The translations under genes and the position numbers were made by a program. From NCBI GenBank assembly GCA_031422435.1, contig JANPLU010000020.1:1-64000 (forward strand): 64,000 nt of DNA, in the 5' to 3' direction. Below the pieces are notes generated by a model, which was not told the origin of the DNA, did not search any database, and saw only the letters and a program-made list of their open reading frames with translations. Below are positions 9,229-20,406 of this stretch, piece after piece. The DNA comes from Acaryochloridaceae cyanobacterium VAR_48_metabat_390. GTDB taxonomy: Bacteria; Cyanobacteriota; Cyanobacteriia; Thermosynechococcales; Thermosynechococcaceae. Positions within the stretch are counted from its first letter, which is position 1. Each line of letters begins with the position of its first letter.

Positions 9229-9804
9229 ATGGCTCGCACTGAATCTACTATGCTGCCGCTGGGGAGCATAGCGCCAGACTTTGAGTTACCCAATGTAGTG
9301 ACAGGCGAACTTACCTCTCTGAGTAAGGTTGCAGGGGCTAAGGCGCTATTGGTGATGTTTATCTGTCAGCATTGCCCTTTCGTGATACATGTCAAAGATG
9401 AGCTGGCGCGTTTAGGTCATGACTACGTTCCTCAAGGTTTAGGCATTATCGCAATCAGCGCCAATGATGTGAGCAACTATCCCCAGGATTCTCCAGATCA
9501 TCTCAAGACAATGGCTCAAGATCTGAGCCTGAACTACCCCATTCTGTACGATGAAACCCAGGCCGTCGCGCAGTCTTACCAAGCGGCCTGTACCCCAGAC
9601 TTCTTTTTGTTTGATGCAGGCTGCCGCCTTGTGTATCGCGGTCAGTTGGATGACAGTCGCCCTGGTAATGAAAAGCCCGTTACGGGAGCAGATCTACGAG
9701 CAGCGATTGATGCAGCCTTAGTGGGGAGACCCATCGACACAGATCAAAAGCCCAGTATTGGCTGCAATATCAAGTGGAAACCTGGTAACGCCCCTGCCTA
9801 CTAA
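9229..9804 (+). CDS. Thioredoxin-family (AhpC/TSA, redoxin) protein
   Basis: FICQHCPFV, AACTPDFFLF, YRGQLDD, SIGCNIKW. Confidence 0.9.
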   Translation: MARTESTMLPLGSIAPDFELPNVVTGELTSLSKVAGAKALLVMFICQHCPFVIHVKDELARLGHDYVPQGLGIIAISANDVSNYPQDSPDHLKTMAQDLSLNYPILYDETQAVAQSYQAACTPDFFLFDAGCRLVYRGQLDDSRPGNEKPVTGADLRAAIDAALVGRPIDTDQKPSIGCNIKWKPGNAPAY

Positions 9805-9846
9805 CCCAAGCTGTTTAAAATTATCTCTAACGCCCCATCTACCTCT

Positions 9847-10578
9847 ATGACTTTAATCTGGACTGCTTCTGCGTTAATCGGCCTAAACATTGGAGGCATA
9901 GCCCCTATTAGCGTGCCCAGTTTCTCAGCTCTGCCTGCAATTGCTCAAGCCCCCGCCACGTCTTTAAAGCCACTACCACCTTCTGACCGTCAGGCCATTC
10001 AGCGCTGCTTTGTTGCCTACAAACAGGCTTTGCTAGAGAAGGAGGGCGATCGCGCCGTTGAGCAGGTTAGCACGACCACCCTCGCCCACTATGGCAAAAT
10101 GCGTGATTTAGCCCTACGAGGAGATGGGGCTACCGTGCGATCGCGTTCTCTGACAGACCAGTATCTCGTGCTTATTCTGCGACATCGCGTTGGGCTAAAG
10201 GCGCTGCTGCCCATGTCTGACAAAGACGTGATTAGTCTTGCGATTCGCGAAGGTTGGATTGGGGAAAGTGGCCTAAGAGAAACCACCATTGGCACCGTGA
10301 CGGTTAAGGGCGATCGCGGTGAGGCCGTTTTAGTGGTGAGAGGGAAAGCCTATGCCACACCAGATGTGCCCCGCTTTGTGTTTTCAAAAGAGCAAAAGGC
10401 CTGGAAAATAGACATTACAGCACTCTTCCCCGTGGCAGAAAAGTTTTTTCAGGACTGGTATGCCGAGGAAAAAGTATCTGATAATATTTCAACGGATACA
10501 TTTTTAATCAACATTCTGACGCTGATGTCAGACAAACCGATTTCTCCAGACATCTGGAACCCGCTAGTCCGTTCTTAA
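9847..10578 (+). CDS. Secreted hypothetical protein
   Basis: 243-aa ORF with signal-like N-terminus; no family recognised. Confidence 0.65.
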   Translation: MTLIWTASALIGLNIGGIAPISVPSFSALPAIAQAPATSLKPLPPSDRQAIQRCFVAYKQALLEKEGDRAVEQVSTTTLAHYGKMRDLALRGDGATVRSRSLTDQYLVLILRHRVGLKALLPMSDKDVISLAIREGWIGESGLRETTIGTVTVKGDRGEAVLVVRGKAYATPDVPRFVFSKEQKAWKIDITALFPVAEKFFQDWYAEEKVSDNISTDTFLINILTLMSDKPISPDIWNPLVRS

Positions 10579-10588
10579 AGAGCGCGCA

Positions 10589-11692
<1,104 letters not shown>

Positions 11693-12727
11693 CTATACGC
11701 CCACATGGTGGCCTAAGGCCAATCCTGTCACCAGCATCCCCAAGACCAAAAAGGGCTGAGCGCTGGCCTGATACTTCACGTCATTTTTGAGGGGATCTCG
11801 CAGAAAGTACATATCCTGAAACGTAATCTGCGGAATGATAAACAGCAGCAGAATGGTGGCGTACAAATTTTCGTGGATATAGATCAAGTAAGCGCCCATG
11901 CCTGCCTGAAAGATGTCAATCATCAAAACGCAAATCCAGGCTGCTTTTTGCACCCCAAACATCACGGGCATCGACTGAAGGCCAAACTGGCGATCGCCCT
12001 CTACGCTTTTGAAGTCATTTACAATGGCAATGCCCAGACCAGCCAAGCTATAAAACAGCGTCAGCACCACAATGGTTGGAGTCAAGGTACCAAAGAGAGC
12101 CTGCCCTGCCCACCACGGCAGCGCAATATAGCTTGCGCCCAGGGCATAGCTACCCGCCCAGCCATTTTGCTTAAGCTTTAGGGGTGGTGCCGAGTAAATG
12201 TAGGAAATAAACGAACCAAAGGCCGCTAGCGCCAGCAAAATCGGGAATTCATGGCCTGCCCAGAGATCGAGGGCGTAGGCAACCCCTAATCCGGCAATGA
12301 GCAGTACCCAAATTTGAATAATCACCTGAGGTAAGGGAATCGCCCCAGACGGAATGGGGCGATAGGGTTCATTGACCGCATCAATCTCGCGGTCGTAATA
12401 CTCGTTAATGGTTTGGGTGTAGCCCGCCAACAGCGGCCCAGACATGAGCATACAGGCCGCTGAAATCAGCGTATTTTCTAAGCTCCAAGTGTAGTGTCCC
12501 GAAGAAGCCGCACCGCACACCACCCCCCAAATCAGCGGAATCCAGGTGATGGGCTTCATGAGCTGAAGGCGAATTTTCCAGATATTGGTTTCGCCAGCCT
12601 TTGCACCTTTCATGCCCAAAAGTTGACGGGTTGTGCTGCCGCCCTGATCTTCGGTCGTGTCAAGGGGGGCTGGCACAGAGACTGCGGTTGGGTCTTCAGG
12701 AGAGAGAGGGGGATCAGAATGCGTCAT
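11693..12727 (-). CDS. chlG: Chlorophyll synthase
   Basis: KIRLQLMKPITWIPLIWG, YDREIDAVNEPYRPIPSG, NDVKYQASAQPF. Confidence 0.97.
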   Translation of the reverse strand: MTHSDPPLSPEDPTAVSVPAPLDTTEDQGGSTTRQLLGMKGAKAGETNIWKIRLQLMKPITWIPLIWGVVCGAASSGHYTWSLENTLISAACMLMSGPLLAGYTQTINEYYDREIDAVNEPYRPIPSGAIPLPQVIIQIWVLLIAGLGVAYALDLWAGHEFPILLALAAFGSFISYIYSAPPLKLKQNGWAGSYALGASYIALPWWAGQALFGTLTPTIVVLTLFYSLAGLGIAIVNDFKSVEGDRQFGLQSMPVMFGVQKAAWICVLMIDIFQAGMGAYLIYIHENLYATILLLFIIPQITFQDMYFLRDPLKNDVKYQASAQPFLVLGMLVTGLALGHHVGV

Positions 12728-12896
12728 AGCAGTTGGGATGAGAGACCGTTCGGGACATTGTGCCTGTAGCTCTCACCTATTCTGCCAAGTTCTGGCCTAC
12801 TTTCCAAGGGGATTTCAGCTTTAGACTAGGTTTTCTACATTCTGATGCCAAGGGCGATCGCACAGCTAGCCACCACCCCTCAACCTCTCAAGGTCA

Positions 12897-13472
12897 CTAC
12901 CGACAGTTGCGATACTTGATGTGATAGACCAATCCACGGTTAGCCAAATCAAAAGAATCTACCGTCGCCATCCCAGCACCACGGGCTGACATTGATGCAT
13001 TGACGCGCATATTGACGCTATCGCCACAGGCAGACCAAACATCGGCTACCGTCACTAAACTATCGCGGACGTTATAGTCTTTTTCTCCCCGAAACGTGCG
13101 GGAAAAAACGGGGCCGCGATTGCCTGCAAAAAAGTATTCTGCTCGGAGATTTCCCGTTGTTGCAGGTGCAACATAGCCACGATAATCTGCATCATAAAGC
13201 GAAATTTGAAAGCCTTGAGGCACTTTAATCGGAATACTTAAATTGCAGCTTTTACGACTCTGTGTCTGACTATTGCCCAATGCCATAAATTTATCAAACA
13301 AAATACTCAACTCTTGTCCGTCAGGGCTAACGTTGACGCTAGCGGAGTTTTCGGGGCAGCCGCTTCCGCCATAGCTTGCACCCAAAATTTCAACTTTACT
13401 CTGCGCCAAAGCAGGACTTATCGCAGTTGCTGTTAAAAAAGCCGCAGTAAAAAATGCCTTTAGAGAATTCAT
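12897..13472 (-). CDS. DUF4360 family secreted protein
   Basis: Signal peptide; YGGSGCP...SILFD...RKSCNL...ADYRGY...WSACG pattern. Confidence 0.8.
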   Translation of the reverse strand: MNSLKAFFTAAFLTATAISPALAQSKVEILGASYGGSGCPENSASVNVSPDGQELSILFDKFMALGNSQTQSRKSCNLSIPIKVPQGFQISLYDADYRGYVAPATTGNLRAEYFFAGNRGPVFSRTFRGEKDYNVRDSLVTVADVWSACGDSVNMRVNASMSARGAGMATVDSFDLANRGLVYHIKYRNCR

Positions 13473-13760
13473 AAAGGGTCTCCTTAAATAATGAGCGTTA
13501 ATTTGAAAGATAGAAGATGCTGAAATTAAGTTTGAGCAGCAGGTATAAATTCACCTACTTCAATCTTTTTTATCAGATCTAAAAAGCTAAGAGCGAGAAC
13601 TTAAACTCAGCCCTGCAACGTGTCAAATACCAAAATTATTCAGGAACACGTTACTTTTTGCTTATAGCTCTATGAGTCTTGAGCGCTTACAAAAGTTCCT
13701 GACTCTGACAAATGCTTTACGATATTAGGTACAGAAGCCGCGATCACAACCTAAAGTTTC

Positions 13761-14342
13761 ATGGCAAAGCGTAAAAAAAGCAGCAATGGTCTGAAGTGGA
13801 TCAAAGAAACCCTGGAACTTAGTCCCAATCATCGGTGGCACTCTAATCCGGGCTATAAAGTTTTTGTTGCAGGTCGCGGCGCAGTGCGTTTTGACGTGCC
13901 GCAGGACTGGGTATTTGAACCAGATGAAAAGTCTTTTCGATTTTTAGACGCGTCTCCGCCCAACGATAACTGCCGTCTCGAAGTTTCTTTTAACCTACTG
14001 CCCCCCTCAGACTGGGGCCTATTCCCCCTCAAGCGCACCCTTAAAAAGATTGCCGAAGAGGATGAGCGTGACTTAACTGAAGTCGGGGAAGTGGTCACGG
14101 TCAATCGGCAAACGGCACGCATTGTTTGGATTGAAATCAAATTTATGGATCCTGAAGAACATCGAGAGGCATTCTCACGAATTTGTGTTGGCCTAGGCTC
14201 TAACGTCCAGTGTCTGATTACCTTTGACTTTTGGGTCGATGAAGCTGAAAAGCTGGTGCCTGTGTGGGATGAGGTAATGCGATCGCTCACCCTTGGCCTC
14301 TTCATTAGCGACCCCACCACAGGGGCAGCACTCCCAGACTAA
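13761..14342 (+). CDS. Conserved cyanobacterial hypothetical protein
   Basis: 193-aa ORF; GAVRFDVPQDW, LITFDFW; coding-like composition. Confidence 0.75.
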   Translation: MAKRKKSSNGLKWIKETLELSPNHRWHSNPGYKVFVAGRGAVRFDVPQDWVFEPDEKSFRFLDASPPNDNCRLEVSFNLLPPSDWGLFPLKRTLKKIAEEDERDLTEVGEVVTVNRQTARIVWIEIKFMDPEEHREAFSRICVGLGSNVQCLITFDFWVDEAEKLVPVWDEVMRSLTLGLFISDPTTGAALPD

Positions 14343-14381
14343 TAAATCAGATCAATCTATAAATTGACCTGAGCGCCCAAC

Positions 14382-15548
14382 TTAAACGGCCGAACTTTCG
14401 ATTAATTCTGCCATTTCCTCAAGCGGAACTTCTAAACTATTCCACCCATCTTGGCGAGCATCTGTAATGAGCCAATCTAGCGCCGCAGCGCGAACGTCAA
14501 TAGCCGCACCCGTTTTGTCTACGCAGTAGCGACCAAACACCAGCTTATCTACTAGGCGCACATTGGCACCCAGTCGGGAATACTCAAAAATGACGCTGTT
14601 GTCTACTGTTGCGCCACCGCAGATATAGCAGTTGGGGCCAATCATCGAAGGGCCAATAATCTTAGCCCCATCCTCAATGCGGGTCATGCCGCCAATGTAG
14701 ACAGGGCCTTGAATGTCTACCTTATCCCAATTCACCGAGACGTTTAAGCCTGTAAAAATGCCAGGGGAAACCTCTCGACCTGGAATAGAAACATTTTTGA
14801 CTTCGCCCGACAGCACGCTACGAATGGCGTGCCAGTAGTCAGGCACCCGACCAATGTCTACCCATTGAAACTCCATCGGAATGGCGTAAAAGGGTGCCCC
14901 CATTTCAACGAGTTTAGGAAATAGATCGCTCCCAATATCGAACATGCACCCAGAGGGAATGTAGTTCAGCACCTCTGGTTCAAAAATGTAGATTCCCGTA
15001 TTAATGTTGTTGCTAAGCGCCTCTTCCACCGAAGGCTTTTCCTGGAATGCCTGAATTCGGCCTTCGTCATCCGTGACCACTACGCCGTAGCTAGAGACTT
15101 CGCTGGGGTCAACGGTCTTCATGACGACCGTGGCGATCGCTCCTTTTTCACGGTGCCACTTCAGGGCTGCCGTTAGGTCTAGATCAATCAGAGCATCTCC
15201 GCACAGCACCACAAAGGTATCATCAAAAAAGGGCGAAAAATCCTGAATCCGCCGCATCCCACCGGCTGAGCCAATGGCATCTCCCACAAGCTGACCATTT
15301 TCAACACGGCCTTCAAAGGAGTAGGCAATCTCTACACCAAAGCGCTGTCCATCTCGAAAGTAGTTTTCAATTTCTTCAGCCAAGTGGCTGACATTGACCA
15401 TGATTTGATTAAATCCGTGATTCCTCAGTAATTCCACCAAAAATTCCATAACAGGTTTTTGAAGAATGGGAATCATGGGCTTGGGAGTTGTGTAAGTAAT
15501 GGGACGAACGCGAGTCCCCTTCCCCGCCGCTAAAATCATGGCTTTCAT
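14382..15548 (-). CDS. cugP: NDP-sugar pyrophosphorylase (mannose-1-P guanylyltransferase family, CugP-type UDP-glucose pyrophosphorylase)
   Basis: MKAMILAAGKGTRVRPIT, FQEKP, WVDIG, C-terminal hexapeptide repeats, AAALDWLITDARQ. Confidence 0.8.
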   Translation of the reverse strand: MKAMILAAGKGTRVRPITYTTPKPMIPILQKPVMEFLVELLRNHGFNQIMVNVSHLAEEIENYFRDGQRFGVEIAYSFEGRVENGQLVGDAIGSAGGMRRIQDFSPFFDDTFVVLCGDALIDLDLTAALKWHREKGAIATVVMKTVDPSEVSSYGVVVTDDEGRIQAFQEKPSVEEALSNNINTGIYIFEPEVLNYIPSGCMFDIGSDLFPKLVEMGAPFYAIPMEFQWVDIGRVPDYWHAIRSVLSGEVKNVSIPGREVSPGIFTGLNVSVNWDKVDIQGPVYIGGMTRIEDGAKIIGPSMIGPNCYICGGATVDNSVIFEYSRLGANVRLVDKLVFGRYCVDKTGAAIDVRAAALDWLITDARQDGWNSLEVPLEEMAELIESSAV

Positions 15549-15696
15549 AGGCACTTATAATCTCTAATAATACGGAGAGCGAGTCGTATAGAGGCTTAGC
15601 TAAGGCAAAAACCATAGAAACAGCACTTAGCAATCATAGTTTACCCGTTTTAGTTTGTGCTCTATCCCTACAACAAATTTTTTGAAGTACGGTTGG

Positions 15697-16824
15697 CTAT
15701 AGCGCATAGATCTGACCATTAATCAGAAGCCGCGTAATTCCTTTGGCAGAGAGCTGTGTGCAGGCAGACCTCAACATATTTCCGTTGGGGACTTTAATAA
15801 TTCTCTGGGTGCGATGGGAAAAGCGGCGGGCAATTCGATGATTGTCAAAGACGGGCAGCGTGCAGGACTGGCCTTCATGGGTCGGAATCTGACCTAGCTC
15901 TCCAAAATCCTTAAGTGGTCGAGTCACAAGCTCGGCTGTACGGTCTACTACGATATAGCAAATTTTGGGCAACACGGCCTGGGCAAAGGGCATTACTTCC
16001 AGCAGCACTTCTGACTGGATCTGCATGGCTGAGTCGGCTGCAGCAAAGTCTTCGGAGTCATCTTCTTCCGAATCATAGTCCTCTTCGTCAAATTCATCGT
16101 CATCATCTTCGCCGCTTTCTTCGTCGTCGGACGTAGCGGCGATCGTAAATGAAGACGTTAAGTTAGCCCCCAAGTCTTCTAAGATGGCGCTCATTTCATC
16201 TTGGGGTGGCGTGACTGTGCGAAGCAGCGGGGGTGCAGCGGCAGAATTAACGCTTGCCTCAAGTCCCTCTCCAGAAGCTTCTTGGGCACGAAGTGCGGCA
16301 ATCTTATTTAAATTGTCTTCTAGAGAATTACTGCTCCAGCGATGACTGCCGACTACATCCTGATGCTCTTGAAGCTCTTCTCTAACGGGTCGTAGGGTTG
16401 GGGGTGCAATCGACCGAGGTGTTGCGACTTCAGTTATGGCTTCGGTTACAGCAGCGGCAGGGGAAGGCTCTACATCATGTTGTAACGGTGCTGGAGCCAC
16501 TGGAAGGGAGGGCTTAAGAATAAGTTTAGGTTTTTTATCTAAGACGATAACCTTTTCGGGAGCGGGCTGTGGGGGAGCATCTTTTTCTAGAGAGAGTGAC
16601 TCTAAGACCCCATCAGGGAGAGGAAACGGCAGAGCAGCAGCAACCTGGCTGCTCTCTAGCCTCTCTGCCGCAGGAAGTTCTGAAGCAGCCTGCTTCAGTA
16701 AGCGCCGGATGGTCGAAGAACTCACCTGATAGCGCTCTGCTAAACCCAGGATTGTCTCCTGCTGTTGCTCGAAGCAGGAGACAATTTCTTGCTTTTCGAG
16801 ATCTGACAGTTTGCTCCGAGTCAT
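15697..16824 (-). CDS. Conserved cyanobacterial protein: N-terminal HTH, acidic linker, conserved C-terminal domain
   Basis: LAERYQVSSSTIRRLLK HTH; Asp/Glu tract; CYIVVDRTAELVTRPL...LPVFDNHRIARRFS. Confidence 0.8.
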   Translation of the reverse strand: MTRSKLSDLEKQEIVSCFEQQQETILGLAERYQVSSSTIRRLLKQAASELPAAERLESSQVAAALPFPLPDGVLESLSLEKDAPPQPAPEKVIVLDKKPKLILKPSLPVAPAPLQHDVEPSPAAAVTEAITEVATPRSIAPPTLRPVREELQEHQDVVGSHRWSSNSLEDNLNKIAALRAQEASGEGLEASVNSAAAPPLLRTVTPPQDEMSAILEDLGANLTSSFTIAATSDDEESGEDDDDEFDEEDYDSEEDDSEDFAAADSAMQIQSEVLLEVMPFAQAVLPKICYIVVDRTAELVTRPLKDFGELGQIPTHEGQSCTLPVFDNHRIARRFSHRTQRIIKVPNGNMLRSACTQLSAKGITRLLINGQIYAL

Positions 16825-16885
16825 TTGAACCTATCGTTTTTGAAAAATGCGTGACGGGCTTGCCACACCCTATCGTAGCTTTTGT

Positions 16886-17656
16886 TCAGTCGGTTTTTCC
16901 GAGTTCTGGGGCAGTTTTCTGATGGGCTGCCCACTCAACTTGGCGTAAGATGCCCCGCAGCATCGCCAATTCTAGTTGAGACAACTGCGATCGCAGTGCC
17001 ATTTGTCGAAATTTCTGCATCCGGCTAGCCGCAGTATGAGGGTGAAGGTAGCCAATGTTGAGCAAGACGTTCTCTAGATGCGCTACGTACTGGTTAATGG
17101 CATCCATGGGCGCAAGATCTAGATCTTCCTGCACGATAGGCCGTTGTGGCGGCAAAACACAGGGGGCTTGGACACTTTGGTACAGCTCATAGCAGCACAC
17201 CGCAACGGCCTGCGCCAAGTTCAGCGACGCATACTCCGCCGAACTAGGAATGCTCACAAACCGCTGGGCGTAGTTCAGCTCGGCATTGGACAGCCCCCGA
17301 TCTTCTGGGCCAAAGATGAGCGCTGATGGCAGGTCTAGAAGCCAAGGCAGTGCCTGTCGCGGCTGCTCTAGGGGCACAGTCGAGACAACATCGCGGGGTC
17401 TGGCAGTAGTGGCGATCGCCCTAAAGCACCCTTCTAGCGCCAAAGGCAGCGTCGCAACTTGCTGAGCCGCCTCTAAGATATCTGCCGCATGAACCGCCAT
17501 CTGTCGCGCCTCAGCACCCAACGGGTCACAGTGAGGGTTCACTAAAACGAGGTGCCGCAATCCCATGTTTTTCATCACGCGGGCGACAGAACCTACATTT
17601 AGCGGTCCGGCAGGCTCTACCAAAACAATGCGAATATTATGCAGTCCTGCACCCAT
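16886..17656 (-). CDS. trmJ: SPOUT RNA methyltransferase, TrmJ/LasT family
   Basis: IVLVEPAGPLNVGSVARVMKNMG, FGPEDRGL, SLNLAQAV. Confidence 0.88.
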   Translation of the reverse strand: MGAGLHNIRIVLVEPAGPLNVGSVARVMKNMGLRHLVLVNPHCDPLGAEARQMAVHAADILEAAQQVATLPLALEGCFRAIATTARPRDVVSTVPLEQPRQALPWLLDLPSALIFGPEDRGLSNAELNYAQRFVSIPSSAEYASLNLAQAVAVCCYELYQSVQAPCVLPPQRPIVQEDLDLAPMDAINQYVAHLENVLLNIGYLHPHTAASRMQKFRQMALRSQLSQLELAMLRGILRQVEWAAHQKTAPELGKTD

Positions 17657-17722
17657 GAATCTCTATTGCTAAACCTTTCTGCTCGTTGATTCTATAGTGA
17701 TGCAGGTAAGCGATACAAATCG

Positions 17723-19204
17723 CTAAAAGCCGCTGGCTAATGGCTGCAAATCTAATGCTGTCTGCTGTCCCAGAAATTCAGTGAGCCATTCTTTAACGTG
17801 GTAAGTGGCGCGACAGTCATCTTCGTTGTAGAGCACAATGTCGGTTAAGAGCGTTTCATTGCCTGTCTCTAGCCATTCACTGTACCAGCAGATCGCCTGA
17901 GCGCCGTTAGCGGCACTGTTGCGCCATTCAAACCCTAGCCATCGCGCAATCAGCTTTAGGGTATAGCTTTCAATGGGTAAGACTGCCGTGCGAGTCACCC
18001 ATTCATGCAGGTCAAAAAAGCGGGGCAGCATTGACTGTATAAACCCCTCGGGTGCGCCATAAAGCCTTGCCAGTCGCGTGACGGTTTGAACTTCGTAGGC
18101 ACAAAAATGAAAAATAGGTGCATCGGGGTAACGCTGAAATAAAGCCACTAAGTCTTGCCAAGCCTGCATTTCTTCATCGGGCTGTTTGGCTAAAAACGGA
18201 TAAAACTGCTGGTGGTTCTGCTGACGGTCTACCATCAAAACGCCGTGGAGATACACCAAGTCAAGCCCTGGCTCTGCTTCAATATCAAAGTACAGCTCCA
18301 CAGCGGCGGTGGGCAGCGCATCAAAATTATTAAAGGCTCTCGCGCTGGTGAGCAGCACAGGCTGCTGATACACAAATGCCTGTGCCTGAGACACGAGCTT
18401 ACTCGAAATTTCATGGCCTAAACCCGTTTTGGCATGAAGGTGAATCGGGTCGGTTTTGGCTAAAATTTCGGCTGTGGCAAGGTTTTGCGCTTGTAATACC
18501 GGATAGCGTGTAGGAGTAACGCCGGGCAAAAGCGAAAGGTGATTTTGAGACTGGGCGATCGCATAGCAGTGGTCAAACCAAACGCACATGCTGCACCGAT
18601 TGCGCGCAATAAAGACTTCTGGCTCTTGACGATAGAGCAGCATCTGCAATAGCTCATCGCGCAACGCCTCCATTTGAGGCATTACCTTGGGCAAATCAAT
18701 GGCATACCAACCCTTATCTTTGAGATACAGCCAAGCTACCTCGGCTGGCACCTGTTGCACTGTCGCTAGCACATCCGCCCCAAAAGCACTTAGGATTTGA
18801 TATTCCAGCTTAGGGCGCTTGCTCAGCTTTACATCTACAGGTACATAGAGCCAATCCCCCCATACAGAAACCCCAGACCTGCGTATCAACAAATCTGGGG
18901 TACTTACAAAACTGTATTGGTCTGCCCTCGGACTCATCAAAACGCCCTTCCGGATAACGGATACACCTTGGCGCATGAGATCTACCGTTGCAAGACTCCC
19001 AGCGTTCCAGTCATGATAGAGATACTCTGGCTGGGCAATAGTCTGGTCAAACGTAAGGCTGTCCTGAAATCGCTGTTTGTCCTGCCCTAGCTTTAGCAAA
19101 AAGTCATTCACTGAACCGCGAACGCTTTTTTCGCCATACATCTCTAAAAATGCTTGTCGATGGCAGCGTTGAAAATTAAGCAGCAGTTGATCGGTGAGCA
19201 GCAT
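17723..19204 (-). CDS. TM0106 family RecB-like nuclease with RNase H-like C-terminal domain
   Basis: PDLL...VDVKLSK PD-(D/E)xK motif, CSMCVW..HC, YFDIEA, YNEDDCRAT. Confidence 0.88.
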   Translation of the reverse strand: MLLTDQLLLNFQRCHRQAFLEMYGEKSVRGSVNDFLLKLGQDKQRFQDSLTFDQTIAQPEYLYHDWNAGSLATVDLMRQGVSVIRKGVLMSPRADQYSFVSTPDLLIRRSGVSVWGDWLYVPVDVKLSKRPKLEYQILSAFGADVLATVQQVPAEVAWLYLKDKGWYAIDLPKVMPQMEALRDELLQMLLYRQEPEVFIARNRCSMCVWFDHCYAIAQSQNHLSLLPGVTPTRYPVLQAQNLATAEILAKTDPIHLHAKTGLGHEISSKLVSQAQAFVYQQPVLLTSARAFNNFDALPTAAVELYFDIEAEPGLDLVYLHGVLMVDRQQNHQQFYPFLAKQPDEEMQAWQDLVALFQRYPDAPIFHFCAYEVQTVTRLARLYGAPEGFIQSMLPRFFDLHEWVTRTAVLPIESYTLKLIARWLGFEWRNSAANGAQAICWYSEWLETGNETLLTDIVLYNEDDCRATYHVKEWLTEFLGQQTALDLQPLASGF

Positions 19205-19400
19205 GCTGAATCGGTCATAGAACCTACAGGCATCTTAACAAAACATTCCATTGTTCGATCAAGTTGGCGTATCACCGTTGCCCCGTCGTGATAGTGATAT
19301 GCCACTCGTTTGTTTTGCTTAGTAAAGAAATGAGTTGCGTTCAAAGATCAAGGGCACTCTCTAAGCAGTTGTCACCTTCCCCTACGCGCAGGGTATTGGT

Positions 19401-19604
19401 ATGAAATCAATTACGTTACGGAAGCTTTGGTCTATCGTGGAAGAAACTCAAACACCTATTCTGCTTGGGCTAAATGATACAGACTTAATCCAGCAGCTCC
19501 TTCAACAAATTCAGAGTAAGTATCGCCTGAGCACAGAAGAAATGCAGTTGGTGCAGCGCTACTTGGGCGATCGCCTTTCTCTCATCCGCGATATGGCCCA
19601 CTGA
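19401..19604 (+). CDS. Small conserved hypothetical protein, paralog of 19785..20006
   Basis: LWSIVEETQ...LLGLND..LI...Y...RLSLIRDMA aligns with the neighbouring ORF. Confidence 0.8.
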   Translation: MKSITLRKLWSIVEETQTPILLGLNDTDLIQQLLQQIQSKYRLSTEEMQLVQRYLGDRLSLIRDMAH

Positions 19605-19784
19605 ATGGGCGATCCAAGCCTGCGTCACCCCGACAGGAAGCGAGAATCTGCGTAAAGGTTAGTAGACGAAAGTAGAGAAACTTAAGCTTTCTGTAACTTT
19701 TGTTGCATCTTTCTCCAGGACTCTCTGACATAGATATAGATTAAGTATGATTGAAACATAAAGAAAACCTTAAGAGTATTCCCT

Positions 19785-20006
19785 ATGACACCAACCATCC
19801 TTCACCAGTTCTGGGCTTTCATCGAAAACACTCAGGCCACCACACTCTTGAATTTAGATGACGCAACCCTCGTGGGGTGGCTGATTGGACAGTTTCAGCG
19901 GCAAACCGTTTTGAATACTGAAGAAACCCAAAAGCTCAATACCTATATTTCTGGCCGTCTGCCTCTCATTCGTGAATTAGCAGAAGACAGAAGCCCCGCC
20001 TATTAA
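19785..20006 (+). CDS. Small conserved hypothetical protein, paralog of 19401..19604
   Basis: MTPTILHQFWAFIENTQ...LLNLDD..LV...YISGRLPLIRELA. Confidence 0.8.
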   Translation: MTPTILHQFWAFIENTQATTLLNLDDATLVGWLIGQFQRQTVLNTEETQKLNTYISGRLPLIRELAEDRSPAY

Positions 20007-20325
20007 GAATCGTTGTTAGGTCAAGATATTTATAGAGACTGACTTTGAGTACCCAATTGAAAATATTTAGGGTTTTCCTTAGTCTGCCGCCATGGCTGTC
20101 TCACCTCACGTTTTTACATTGCTTTAATGGCTTTGATGGGGCTTGTTTCCCTTCACTAATAGACTGACGCGTCATTTAGGCTGTTACTGATCAAATTTAT
20201 CCTACGGCTCTGATGAATTCTAGACACGGGCGAATCATTTATCTCTACAGTTTTAAGATATCTGTCTAAATCACATCCTAATTTTCACTCAGCGTTCTGA
20301 GCACAAGTTTTTCCATCGTTTTGTT

Positions 20326-20375
20326 ATTAAACCCCCTCGAAATGCTTTTGAAACAGCATTTCGAGGGGGTTTAAT
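20326..20375. terminator. Long hairpin, likely sigA terminator
   Basis: 21-bp perfect stem ATTAAACCCCCTCGAAATGCT / AGCATTTCGAGGGGGTTTAAT about 30 nt after the sigA stop. Confidence 0.8.
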
Positions 20376-20406
20376 TTAAGTCCGCAATTTTTAGCTCGGC
20401 TATACT

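Noticed and set aside
19692..19707. NtcA-like site TGTA-N8-TGCA upstream of the second small paralog
   Set aside because: One mismatch to consensus and no TAN3T box at the canonical spacing.
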